Below, piece by piece: positions 31,197 to 39,812 of a stretch of DNA of 41,915 nt (position 1 is the stretch's first letter; each line of letters starts with the position of its first letter). A program made the position numbers and the translations under genes. The notes under the pieces are model-generated. The model had not been told where the DNA came from, made no database searches, and was given only the letters and a program-made list of their open reading frames with translations. The stretch comes from Desulfobacterales bacterium (GTDB lineage Bacteria > Desulfobacterota > Desulfobacteria > Desulfobacterales > UBA2245), in assembly GCA_040771865.1 (NCBI GenBank), contig JAXGZF010000004.1, positions 248,001-289,915 of the forward strand. The letters run 5' to 3'.

Positions 31197-32882
31197 ATGA
31201 AGAATCCCGAGACGAGCATGCCTTCGAATTTCATTCGCAACATCATCGATGAGGATTTAAAAAACAACCGCCACAAGGGCCGTGTGGCCACGCGCTTTCC
31301 TCCGGAGCCCAACGGATATCTGCATATCGGACATGCCAAGTCGATCTGCCTGAATTTTGGTCTGGCCGCCGATTATAACGGAACCTGCAACCTGCGTTTC
31401 GATGACACGAACCCGAGCAAGGAAGATACGGAGTATGTCGAATCCATTGAAACTGATGTGCGCTGGCTGGGGTTCGACTGGGAAGACCGGCTGTACTATG
31501 CTTCCGATTACTTTGAAAAATTCCATGAATACGCCGTGGATCTGATCAAGGCTTCAAAAGCCTATGTCTGCAGCCTGAGTCCGGATCAGATTCGGGAATA
31601 CCGGGGAACTTTGACGGAGCCCGGAAAAGACAGCCCTTTTCGAAACCGGCCGGTGGAGGAGAACCTGGCGCTTTTCGAGCGTATGCGCGCCGGTGAGATC
31701 GAAGAAGGCGCGTGTGTGCTTCGCGCCAGGATCGACATGGCTTCCGCGAATCTGAACCTGCGCGACCCGGTGATCTTCCGCATCAAGCATGAAGCCCACC
31801 ATCGAACCGGGGATCGCTGGTGCATCTACCCGATGTATGATTACGCCCATTGCATCTCCGACGCCCTTGAAGGCATTACACATTCCATTTGCACCCTGGA
31901 GTTTGAGGACCACCGGCCCCTCTACGACTGGTTTCTGGACCAGCTCGATATGCCCTGCCATCCGCAGCAGATCGAATTTGCCCGCCTGAACCTCAGCTAC
32001 ACCATCATGAGCAAGCGAAAGCTGCTCAAACTGGTCCAGTCCGGGCTGGTCAACGGCTGGGATGACCCGAGAATGCCCACCATATCCGGAATGAGAAGGC
32101 GCGGCTATACGCCGGAGTCGATCCGCAATTTCTGCGAGCGCATCGGGGTGGCCAAGCGAGACAGCGTGGTGGATCTGGCCCTTCTGGAATACTGCGTTCG
32201 CGAAGATCTGAACAAAATCGCTCCCCGGGTCATGGCGGTGCTGAATCCGCTTAAAGTGGTGATCGAAAATTACCCGGAAGACCGGGTTGAAATGCTCGAT
32301 GCGGTAAACAATCCCGAGGATCCATCCATGGGAACCCGGCAGGTTCCTTTTTCGCGCTTGCTTTATGTCGAGCGGGAGGACTTCATGGAAGATCCGCCGA
32401 AAAAATACTTCCGGCTGGCGCCCGGCCAGGAAGTCCGGCTGCGTTATGCATATTACATCACCTGCGTGAATGTGATCAAAAACGAGGCCGGTGAGATTGT
32501 CGAGCTGCGCTGCGTCTATGATCCTGAGAGCCGGGGCGGCGCCACGGCCGATGGAAGAAAGGTACGGGGAACCCTGCATTGGGTTTCGGCTCAACACGGC
32601 ATTCCGGTCGAGGTCAGGCTGTATGACCGTTTGTTCAACAAGGAAAATCCGGATGCCGGCGGCGCGGACTTTACGGAGCATCTGAATCCCGATTCGCTTG
32701 AAATTCTGTCTGAATGCCGGATGGAACCGAGTCTGGCTTCAGCCGAGCCGGGAAGCCGTTATCAATTTGAACGGCTGGGATATTTTTGCGCGGAACCGGT
32801 TGAATTTTCAAAAGACCGGCCGGTTTTTAACCGGATCGTAACCCTGAAGGACTCCTGGGCTCGAATTGCCCGGAAAGGATAG
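31197..32882 (+). CDS. glnS: Glutamine--tRNA ligase
   Basis: [52 protein letters not shown]; no C-terminal YqeY extension. Confidence 0.96.
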   Translation: MKNPETSMPSNFIRNIIDEDLKNNRHKGRVATRFPPEPNGYLHIGHAKSICLNFGLAADYNGTCNLRFDDTNPSKEDTEYVESIETDVRWLGFDWEDRLYYASDYFEKFHEYAVDLIKASKAYVCSLSPDQIREYRGTLTEPGKDSPFRNRPVEENLALFERMRAGEIEEGACVLRARIDMASANLNLRDPVIFRIKHEAHHRTGDRWCIYPMYDYAHCISDALEGITHSICTLEFEDHRPLYDWFLDQLDMPCHPQQIEFARLNLSYTIMSKRKLLKLVQSGLVNGWDDPRMPTISGMRRRGYTPESIRNFCERIGVAKRDSVVDLALLEYCVREDLNKIAPRVMAVLNPLKVVIENYPEDRVEMLDAVNNPEDPSMGTRQVPFSRLLYVEREDFMEDPPKKYFRLAPGQEVRLRYAYYITCVNVIKNEAGEIVELRCVYDPESRGGATADGRKVRGTLHWVSAQHGIPVEVRLYDRLFNKENPDAGGADFTEHLNPDSLEILSECRMEPSLASAEPGSRYQFERLGYFCAEPVEFSKDRPVFNRIVTLKDSWARIARKG

Positions 32883-32914
32883 ACCGGACAAATTCCCGGA
32901 ATCAGAAAAGAAAA

Positions 32915-32944
32915 AAAGGGTTTAATCCTCGGATTAAACCCTTT
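32915..32944. terminator. Bidirectional terminator between glnS and tRNA-Gln
   Basis: AAAGGGTTTAATC-CTCG-GATTAAACCCTTT flanked by A-rich (left) and T-rich (right) tracts. Confidence 0.85.
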
Positions 32945-32953
32945 GATTTTCTT

Positions 32954-33027
32954 TGGCTGGGAGACTAGGATTCGAACCTAGGTTGACGGAGTCAGAGTCC
33001 GTAGTCCTGCCGCTGGACGATCTCCCA
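32954..33027 (-). tRNA. tRNA-Gln (anticodon CTG)
   Basis: Reverse complement TGGGAGATCGTCCAGCGGCAGGACTACGGACT-CTG-ACTCCGTCAACCTAGGTTCGAATCCTAGTCTCCCAGCCA; cloverleaf, TTCGAA T-loop, encoded CCA, 74 nt. Confidence 0.96.
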
Positions 33028-33041
33028 AAATTGCAAAAAAT

Positions 33042-33070
33042 TTTATAGTGGTTTTGAAAAAGAAAGTCAA
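33042..33070 (-). promoter_or_regulatory. Putative sigma70 promoter for tRNA-Gln
   Basis: Minus strand TTGACT-17 nt-TATAAA ending about 15 nt before the tRNA 5' end. Confidence 0.55.
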
Positions 33071-34486
33071 TCAATCCTTGCTGTTTTTTGAAGATTGAAT
33101 GAGATTTTTTGCCCGCTGAAGCCTTGCAAGCGCCTTTTCCTTTCCCAGCACCTCGATGATTTCAAAGATGCCCGGACTGACCGTTTTTCCTGTCAGGGCC
33201 ACGCGGACCGGCTGGGCGATCTTGCCCAGTTTCAGGCCGGTTTTTTCCATGACCTTCATAAATGCGTTTTCAAGCGCCTTTTCGGTAAAATTCTCGATGG
33301 CCTGAATCTCAGCGGTCAGGAGTTCCAGCGAGGAGGCCGCTTCCGGCGTCAGAAACTTTTTCTGAGCCTCGGGATCATAGGAAATCTCATCCGAAAAGTA
33401 AAAGAGGGCGGCATCCGCCATCTCGATCAGAGTTTTGCTGCGGGTCTGAAGCGTTGCAACAACCTTTTCGAGAAAAATTCCTTCCTGGGCCCGGCATCCG
33501 CGTTCATGGAGAAACGGCAGGACCAGTTCGGCCAGCTTTGAAACCGGCGTGGCCTTGATGTGGTCAGCATTCAGGGCCAACAGTTTTTCCGGGTTGAATA
33601 TGCCGGCCGAACAGCCGATGTTTTCAAGGGAGAATTTTTCGATCAGTTCATCTCGGGTGAAAAACTCCTGATTTCCGAAGGACCAGCCCAGACGGACCAG
33701 AAAATTCAGCATCGCATCCGAAAGATATCCCATGTCCCGGTATGCGGTGACGGACATGGCGCCGTGGCGCTTGCTGAGCTTTGTCCGGTCGCTTCCAAGA
33801 ACCATCGGAACGTGGCCGAAGGTCGGCAGGTCCGCACCGAATGCCTTGAACAGCAGAATCTGCTTGGGCGTGTTGTTGACGTGATCATCACCGCGGATTA
33901 CGGTGTTGACCCCCATGGAGATATCGTCCACCACCACGGCCAGATTGTAGGTGGGCGCGCCGTTGCTTCTCAGGATGATAAAGTCGTCCAGCTCGGCGTT
34001 CTGAAATGCGATGCCGCCCTTGATCACATCATGGACGATGGTGGTTCCGGTCAGGGGCGTTTTGAAACGGACCACCGCGTTTTCGGTTCTGGGTAATCCT
34101 TTGGCTCGGCATCTTCCATCGTATTTGGGTTTTCCTCCGGTTGCCATGGCATGCTTTCGCATGGATTCTATCTCATCGGGCGTACAGGTGCAGTAATAGG
34201 CGTGACCGGTTTCAATGAGCCTGTCGATGTATTCCCGGTACAGATCGAACCGCCGGGTCTGATAGAAGGGACCCTCATCCCAGTCGATTCCGAGCCAGTT
34301 CAGCGCGTCAAATATAACATCCACCGCATCCTGGGTGGATCTGTCGGTGTCGGTGTCTTCGATGCGGAGGATAAATTTCCCCTTCATCTTTCTGGCGTAA
34401 AGCCAGTTGAACAACGCCGTCCGGGCGCCTCCCAGATGCAGATAGCCGGTAGGGCTCGGCGGAAACCTTGTAACGATCGTATCCAT
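33071..34486 (-). CDS. gltX: Glutamate--tRNA ligase
   Basis: TRFPPSPTGYLHLGG, LRIEDTD, CTC...YDGRC, IRGDDH, KLSKR, RVALTG..SPG. Confidence 0.97.
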   Translation of the reverse strand: MDTIVTRFPPSPTGYLHLGGARTALFNWLYARKMKGKFILRIEDTDTDRSTQDAVDVIFDALNWLGIDWDEGPFYQTRRFDLYREYIDRLIETGHAYYCTCTPDEIESMRKHAMATGGKPKYDGRCRAKGLPRTENAVVRFKTPLTGTTIVHDVIKGGIAFQNAELDDFIILRSNGAPTYNLAVVVDDISMGVNTVIRGDDHVNNTPKQILLFKAFGADLPTFGHVPMVLGSDRTKLSKRHGAMSVTAYRDMGYLSDAMLNFLVRLGWSFGNQEFFTRDELIEKFSLENIGCSAGIFNPEKLLALNADHIKATPVSKLAELVLPFLHERGCRAQEGIFLEKVVATLQTRSKTLIEMADAALFYFSDEISYDPEAQKKFLTPEAASSLELLTAEIQAIENFTEKALENAFMKVMEKTGLKLGKIAQPVRVALTGKTVSPGIFEIIEVLGKEKALARLQRAKNLIQSSKNSKD

Positions 34487-34594
34487 CTTTTCACCTGTCC
34501 ATGAGCATTAAAAAATTTTATCCATAGGCTTTGGCGTTATAATCTGATATATGATCCCCTGCCGAAAGCCCCTGGAAAAAGCGTACCAGACAAT

Positions 34595-34634
34595 ACTAGT
34601 CCCTCGAATCACGATTCTGATTCGAGGGACTAGT
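34595..34634. repeat. Perfect 17-bp inverted repeat
   Basis: ACTAGTCCCTCGAATCA-CGATTC-TGATTCGAGGGACTAGT. Confidence 0.85.
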
Positions 34635-34639
34635 TAAAA

Positions 34640-34772
34640 ATGAGGCGTGGAAGCGCTTCGACTGTCTCCGCATGCCCGGGTGAATACCCGCTGTCCGAAA
34701 GGCGGCGAAACCGTTGATACCAGTATTGAGGTTAGCAGGATATCCACGAAATACAAAAACTTGGATGCACTC
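34640..34772. other. GC-rich structured intergenic element (candidate dispersed repeat/MITE or ncRNA)
   Basis: CGTGGA (34646-51) complementary to TCCACG (34743-48); internal hairpins CGGGT-GAAT-ACCCG and GCTGTCC-GAAA-GGCGGC; lies in otherwise AT-rich spacer. Confidence 0.35.
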
Positions 34773-34923
34773 CATAGCACAGTTGGAAGGGATGTACAAG
34801 AAAACAATAAACAGTTTATAAAAATCTTGACAATTTAATATAATTCAATTACTAGACCCAAAAAACATAAATTTTAGACAATTAGAGTATTTTGTTGTAA
34901 TTTTAAAAAGTTAGGAGATTGCT

Positions 34924-35106
34924 ATGGCTGTACCAAAAAGCAGAACCTCTAAGTCAAGACGGAACAAGCGCCGAACGCATCAAAAAGTGGGCGCTCCCAA
35001 CGTTGTCGCTTGCCCGCAATGCGGCGAACCTAAAATTGCGCACCACGCTTGCTCCAGCTGCGGAAACTACAAGGGGCGGACCGCTGTTGCGGTTGAAGAG
35101 GGGTAA
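34924..35106 (+). CDS. rpmF: 50S ribosomal protein L32 (zinc-binding form)
   Basis: MAVPKSRTSKSRRNKRR, CPQC, HHACSSCGNYKGR; AGGAG SD. Confidence 0.97.
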   Translation: MAVPKSRTSKSRRNKRRTHQKVGAPNVVACPQCGEPKIAHHACSSCGNYKGRTAVAVEEG

Positions 35107-35112
35107 GCATTG

Positions 35113-36771
35113 ATGGGGGTATCCGAGGAAAGAGTTTTGAGAGGGCTAGATTCGGAATCTCGCCAGATGGTCATCGATACGGTCGTTCAGCTCAAAAAAA
35201 AGTTGTTGACCAAAGAAAAGATTCTGGAGTTCGATAAACGCGAAATTTTCCCCGAAACCGCCATCCGCGAGATGCTGGGCCCCGATATCGGCCTGCAGCT
35301 GCTGTTCATTCCCGAAGCCTACGGAGGAATGGGGGGCGGAGCGCGTGATTTCTGCGCCGTGACCCGGGAGATGTCCAGGATATGCCTGGGGATTGCGACG
35401 GCTTTTTTTGCCGTTCATCTGGGTGCGGACCCCCTGATGGTCGGCGGTACCGAGATGCAGAAGGAAAAATGGCTGGGCCGGATTGCCGAAGGCGATTCCC
35501 TGGTGGCCTACGCCGTGACTGAACCGGATGCCGGCAGCAATCTGGCAGCCCTTAAGACCAAGGCTGATCCCGTGACGGATGAGGCCGGTAAAGTCATCGG
35601 ATACAGGCTTAACGGAACCAAGCAGTTTATTTCCACCGGCGGGTATGCGGATTTTGTCACGGTTCTGGCCAACACCCCTGAAGGTCCTTCCTTTTTCGTG
35701 GTGGAAAAGGGCGCTCCGGGTTATTCCCAGGGAAAGGGAGAGGAAAAACACGGTATCCGTGCATCCAATACATCGCCTTTGTCCTTTTCCGATGTCTATG
35801 TGCCGGCGGAAAACCTGATCGGGGCCGTGCCCGGCAGGGGACTCAAACAGGCCAATGAGGTGTTTGGATACACCCGGCTGATGGTGGCCGCCATGGCGCT
35901 GGGCGCCGTTGAAACCGCGATGGAAATCGCCATTGCCTACGCCAGGGAGCGGATTCAGTTCGGTTCCCCGCTTTCCGAAAAGCAGGGTTACACTCACAAG
36001 CTGCTGGTTCCGCACGCCGTCCGTTTGGAAGCGGCATCGGCATACATCGACGAGGTGGCCGAAAGGCTGGATTCAAGCGACGAAGATCTTCAGGTGGAAG
36101 GGTCCATCGCCAAACTCTTTACCACCGAATCTGCCAACCGGGCGGCCGATGACGCCATTCAGGCCCTCGGCGGCTACGGCTATATTGCCGAGTATCAGGT
36201 GGAGAAGATCAAGCGGGATGTCCGAATCACCTGCATATACGAAGGGACCAGCGAGATTCAGCAGAGCATCATCGGCACCTTCCGTTGGCGGACGACCCGA
36301 AAAAGCAAAGGTGAGTTTTACATGTCGATTGCCGCAGAGATGGCCGCCCTTCAGCAGCAGTCGCCGAATGCCGGATGCGGAGTGATCGGCATTGCGGCGC
36401 GGCTTCTCAATGAAACCATCATGAGGGCCCACGACAGCGGTCTGATCCGCCAGCAGTACATTCTCTTCGCCCTTGCCGACATGATGACCCATGTCGAGGT
36501 GGGCGCCGGCCTGGCCAGAAAAGCGGTACGCTTGAGCCGGGCAGGTGATCCGGGGTCTGAAAAAATCCGGCTCATGTCCCGAATTTTCGCGGAAGAAGCC
36601 GGACGGCTGGTCAGCACGAACGCCGCGCGGGTTCTGGTCGGATCGGGTTCGATGACAGCGGATCAGGCCTCGGAATTTTTCAGGGGCGCTGGTGCGGAAA
36701 ACCTGATCTTGGCTGGATTTAATGTCATCCGCGACATGGATGCGGTTGCGGATATTTTATTCGAGAGGTAA
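35113..36771 (+). CDS. Acyl-CoA dehydrogenase family protein with C-terminal extension
   Basis: PEAYGGMG, AYAVTEPDAGSN, LNGTKQFIS, EEKHGIRAS, ERIQFG, IQALGGYGY, IYEGTSEIQ (catalytic Glu). Confidence 0.93.
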   Translation: MGVSEERVLRGLDSESRQMVIDTVVQLKKKLLTKEKILEFDKREIFPETAIREMLGPDIGLQLLFIPEAYGGMGGGARDFCAVTREMSRICLGIATAFFAVHLGADPLMVGGTEMQKEKWLGRIAEGDSLVAYAVTEPDAGSNLAALKTKADPVTDEAGKVIGYRLNGTKQFISTGGYADFVTVLANTPEGPSFFVVEKGAPGYSQGKGEEKHGIRASNTSPLSFSDVYVPAENLIGAVPGRGLKQANEVFGYTRLMVAAMALGAVETAMEIAIAYARERIQFGSPLSEKQGYTHKLLVPHAVRLEAASAYIDEVAERLDSSDEDLQVEGSIAKLFTTESANRAADDAIQALGGYGYIAEYQVEKIKRDVRITCIYEGTSEIQQSIIGTFRWRTTRKSKGEFYMSIAAEMAALQQQSPNAGCGVIGIAARLLNETIMRAHDSGLIRQQYILFALADMMTHVEVGAGLARKAVRLSRAGDPGSEKIRLMSRIFAEEAGRLVSTNAARVLVGSGSMTADQASEFFRGAGAENLILAGFNVIRDMDAVADILFER

Positions 36772-36775
36772 GCAT

Positions 36776-37522
36776 ATGGTTGGGAATGATCAGCGCACCG
36801 TTGTCGTGACAGGAGGATCCCGCGGCATCGGGAGGGCGATTTGCGTTGCCTTTGCGGAGCCCGGAACCCATATTTTTTTCAATTACGCATCCGGCGGCGA
36901 GGCAGTTTCCGAAACCGAGAACATTGTGAGGGAAAAGGGCGCGGAAGTGACCGCCGTGAAGGTCGATGTGGCGTTTGCCGAAGCGGTGGATGCGTTTTTT
37001 GACGATATTATTAAACAGACCGGACGCGTGGATGTTCTGGTGAACAACGCGGGTATTGCCCGGGACGGTCTTATGGTTCGAATGAAGGAAAAGGACTGGG
37101 ACGATGTTCTGGATACCAATTTAAAAGGATCTTTTCATTGTATCCGGGCAGCGGCCAGAATCATGATGAAGCAGCGGTGCGGTCGGATCATCAATATTTC
37201 GTCGGTGGTCGGCGTGATGGGGAATGTGGGCCAGGTCAACTATGTTTCCTCAAAGGCAGGGATGATCGGACTCACCAAAGCGGCGGCAAAGGAACTGGCT
37301 TCACGTGGCGTCACCGTGAATGCGGTGGCGCCGGGTTGGATTGAGACCGATATGACCGCATCGCTTCCTGTGAAGATTCGGGAAGCCATGTTGTCTCAGA
37401 TTCCTCTGGGGCGTATTGGCCAGCCCGAGGATGTTGCAGGGGTGGTGAAGTTTCTTGCCTCCGGGGCGGCCAGGTATATCACCGGCCAGGTGATTCATGT
37501 CAACGGCGGTATGTATATATGA
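36776..37522 (+). CDS. fabG: 3-oxoacyl-ACP reductase
   Basis: [32 protein letters not shown] (YxxxK), [10 protein letters not shown]; precedes acpP. Confidence 0.95.
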   Translation: MVGNDQRTVVVTGGSRGIGRAICVAFAEPGTHIFFNYASGGEAVSETENIVREKGAEVTAVKVDVAFAEAVDAFFDDIIKQTGRVDVLVNNAGIARDGLMVRMKEKDWDDVLDTNLKGSFHCIRAAARIMMKQRCGRIINISSVVGVMGNVGQVNYVSSKAGMIGLTKAAAKELASRGVTVNAVAPGWIETDMTASLPVKIREAMLSQIPLGRIGQPEDVAGVVKFLASGAARYITGQVIHVNGGMYI

Positions 37523-37533
37523 AAGGAGTCAGT

Positions 37534-37764
37534 ATGTCAGTCGAAGATAAAATCAGGAAAATCATTGCGGAAAAACTGAGCGTCGATCTTGCTGAAGTGA
37601 AGCCCCAGGCTTCTTTTGTAGAAGATCTGGGCGCCGATTCTCTGGACCTGGTTGAACTGATCATGTCCATGGAAGAGGAATTTGAAATCGATATATCCGA
37701 CGAGGAGGCCGAAAAACTGGTCACTGTTCAGGATGCCATCGAATTCGTCAACGCGCATTCATAG
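37534..37764 (+). CDS. acpP: Acyl carrier protein
   Basis: [14 protein letters not shown] phosphopantetheine site; AAGGAG SD. Confidence 0.97.
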   Translation: MSVEDKIRKIIAEKLSVDLAEVKPQASFVEDLGADSLDLVELIMSMEEEFEIDISDEEAEKLVTVQDAIEFVNAHS

Positions 37765-37767
37765 CCG

Positions 37768-37798
37768 GATTTCAGGGCGTCAGAATCGCCCTGAAATC
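37768..37798 (+). other. 12-bp hairpin between acpP and fabF
   Basis: GATTTCAGGGCG-TCAGAAT-CGCCCTGAAATC, no strong U-tract. Confidence 0.6.
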
Positions 37799-37867
37799 GA
37801 TTGATGGAACTGGATCGCGGATTCAGGCGCTGGAGAGGCCGAATTGATCGGAAAAGGAGGCTTTGTA

Positions 37868-39109
37868 TTGCGGAGACGTGTAGTTGTGACGGGTCTGGGT
37901 CTGGTGACTCCGCTGGGCACGGGTGTAGAGAAGACATGGGCGGCGATATGCGCGGGGGAGTCGGGCATAGGACCGATCACGCGTTTTGATGCGTCGGGGT
38001 ATGCCACGCAGATTGCCGGCGAGGTGAAGGATTTTTGTGCGGAGGATTATCTTCCGAAGAAGGAGGCTGGTCGCACGGAGCATTTTATAGCCTATGCGGT
38101 GGCGGCTTCTCGAATGGCGCTGGAGGATTCGGGTTTGAAGGTTGACGGGTCCAATGCGTCGCGGGTGGGGGTATTGACGGGCTGCGGACTGGGGGGGTTG
38201 TCGCTTTTGGAGACGACCACGCGGGTTTTGGATGCGCGGGGTCCGCGCCGGGTCAGCCCGTTTTTCATACCGATGATCATCGGGAACATGGCGCCGGGGA
38301 TGATATCGATTTATCTGGGGGCCAAGGGTCCGAACGCGTCGATCGCGACGGCCTGCGCTGCCGGGACGCACGCGGTGGGCGAGGCGTACCGGATGGTTCA
38401 GTGCGGACAGGCGGAGGCGATGATTACCGGCGGGGTGGAGTCGGTGATATCGCCGACCTGCATAGCGGGTTTTAATGCGATGAAGGCGCTGTCGACGAGA
38501 AACGATAATCCGCGAAGGGCGTCGCGTCCGTTTGATCGGGACCGGGACGGTTTTGTAGTGGGCGAGGGTGCCGGGATGCTGGTGCTGGAGACGCTTGAGA
38601 GTGCGCGGAATCGGGGGGCGCATATATATGCCGAGGTTCTGGGGTTTGGAATGAGCGGGGACGGTTTTCACATGACGGCGCCGCCGCCGGACGGAGACGG
38701 AGCGGTTCGCTGCATGCAGGCGGCTCTGGACGATGCGGGAATAGGACCTGAGTCGGTGGACTACATCAATGCGCACGGGACCTCGACGCCGATGAACGAT
38801 CTGTACGAGACGCGGGCGGTGAAGACGGTATTTGGCGAGCATTCCCGGAGGGTGGCGATCAGTTCGACCAAGTCGATGACCGGCCATCTGCTGGGGGGGG
38901 CCGGGGGGATCGAGTCGGTGTTTACGGTGCTGTCCATCGACCGGGGGGTGATTCCGCCGACGATCAACCTGGAAAATCCCGGGGAGGAATGCGACCTGGA
39001 TTATGTTCCCGGCAAGGCCCGAAAACAGAAGGTCGAAGTCGCCATGAGCAATTCCTTCGGCTTCGGAGGAACCAACGGAACGTTGATCTTTAAATCCTGC
39101 CGAGAATGA
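37868..39109 (+). CDS. fabF: 3-oxoacyl-ACP synthase II
   Basis: RRVVVTGLG, TACAAG (Cys), SRPFD, NAHGTST, KSMTGHLLG, SNSFGFGGTN; TTG start after AGGAGG. Confidence 0.96.
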   Translation: MRRRVVVTGLGLVTPLGTGVEKTWAAICAGESGIGPITRFDASGYATQIAGEVKDFCAEDYLPKKEAGRTEHFIAYAVAASRMALEDSGLKVDGSNASRVGVLTGCGLGGLSLLETTTRVLDARGPRRVSPFFIPMIIGNMAPGMISIYLGAKGPNASIATACAAGTHAVGEAYRMVQCGQAEAMITGGVESVISPTCIAGFNAMKALSTRNDNPRRASRPFDRDRDGFVVGEGAGMLVLETLESARNRGAHIYAEVLGFGMSGDGFHMTAPPPDGDGAVRCMQAALDDAGIGPESVDYINAHGTSTPMNDLYETRAVKTVFGEHSRRVAISSTKSMTGHLLGGAGGIESVFTVLSIDRGVIPPTINLENPGEECDLDYVPGKARKQKVEVAMSNSFGFGGTNGTLIFKSCRE

Positions 39110-39211
39110 CAGAAGTATCTGCAAGGTATTTCATTGTGGTTCCTGCTTTTTTCGGATTCTAAAGGCTGTCCCCGGTTTTCAATCAATTTTTTTCTTGCGG
39201 TTATTCCAGAA

Positions 39212-39220
39212 TGATATAAT
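39212..39220 (+). promoter_or_regulatory. Extended -10 promoter for rpiB-glyA block
   Basis: TGaTATAAT, followed by hairpin ATGCGAT...ATCGCAT (39226-39255). Confidence 0.5.
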
Positions 39221-39285
39221 AAAAATGCGATCCCGTCGTTAGGCGGAATCGCATTTGAACGATTCCAATTCAGATCAAGTGGTGG

Positions 39286-39753
39286 ATGATGAATCAGAAC
39301 GCCTCAAAAATCATCATGGGCAGCGATCATGCCGCCTATTCGCTGAAGGAAACGCTCAAGCGCTATCTGGCGGAGCGCAAAATGGCTGTGGAGGATGTCG
39401 GCACGCATGGTACGGCTTCAGTCAATTATGTGGATTATGCTGCCAAAGTTGCCAGGGCCGTATCGGAGGGACGGTTTCAGCGGGGCATTCTGCTTTGCGG
39501 CACCGGTTTGGGCATGTCGATCGTTGCCAACCGGTTTCCCGGAATCCGGGCCGCCTTATGCAACGACCTTTTTAACGCCATGATGGGCCGGCGTCATAAT
39601 AATGCCAATATTCTGGTAATGGGCGGACGGGTCGTTGGAGAGGCGCTTGCACTGGAAATCGTCAAAGTCTGGCTTGAGACGTCCTTTGAAGGGGGGCGCC
39701 ATCAGGAGCGAATCGACGCCCTGGATCGTCTGGTGATTTCAGAACCGGCATGA
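39286..39753 (+). CDS. rpiB: Ribose 5-phosphate isomerase B
   Basis: GSDHA, CGTGLGMSIVAN, GIRAALC, RRHNNANIL, FEGGRH. Confidence 0.96.
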   Translation: MMNQNASKIIMGSDHAAYSLKETLKRYLAERKMAVEDVGTHGTASVNYVDYAAKVARAVSEGRFQRGILLCGTGLGMSIVANRFPGIRAALCNDLFNAMMGRRHNNANILVMGGRVVGEALALEIVKVWLETSFEGGRHQERIDALDRLVISEPA

Positions 39754-39812
39754 TAACGTGGTTCTGCAGGCCGATTTTTGTCAAAATAGAGTGAAAAGAG
39801 AGGGGAAGACCG

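Noticed and set aside
31554..32681. 375-aa antisense ORF in glnS (likewise 17691-18770 over sucCD and 35146-36015 over the ACAD)
   Set aside because: Antisense shadows of conserved housekeeping genes
32954..33027. tRNA as a genomic-island integration site
   Set aside because: No integrase and no duplicate of the tRNA 3' end seen in the window
34596..34838. Short ORFs 34596-34799 (-) and 34647-34838 (+); also considered 6S RNA, L31/L28 or a yceD remnant
   Set aside because: No convincing protein motifs and no match I could recognise to 6S RNA or ribosomal proteins; treated as a structured non-coding element instead
37823..39124. 433-aa antisense ORF opposite fabF
   Set aside because: Arg/Pro/His-rich translation reflects the G-skewed sense codons; no motifs
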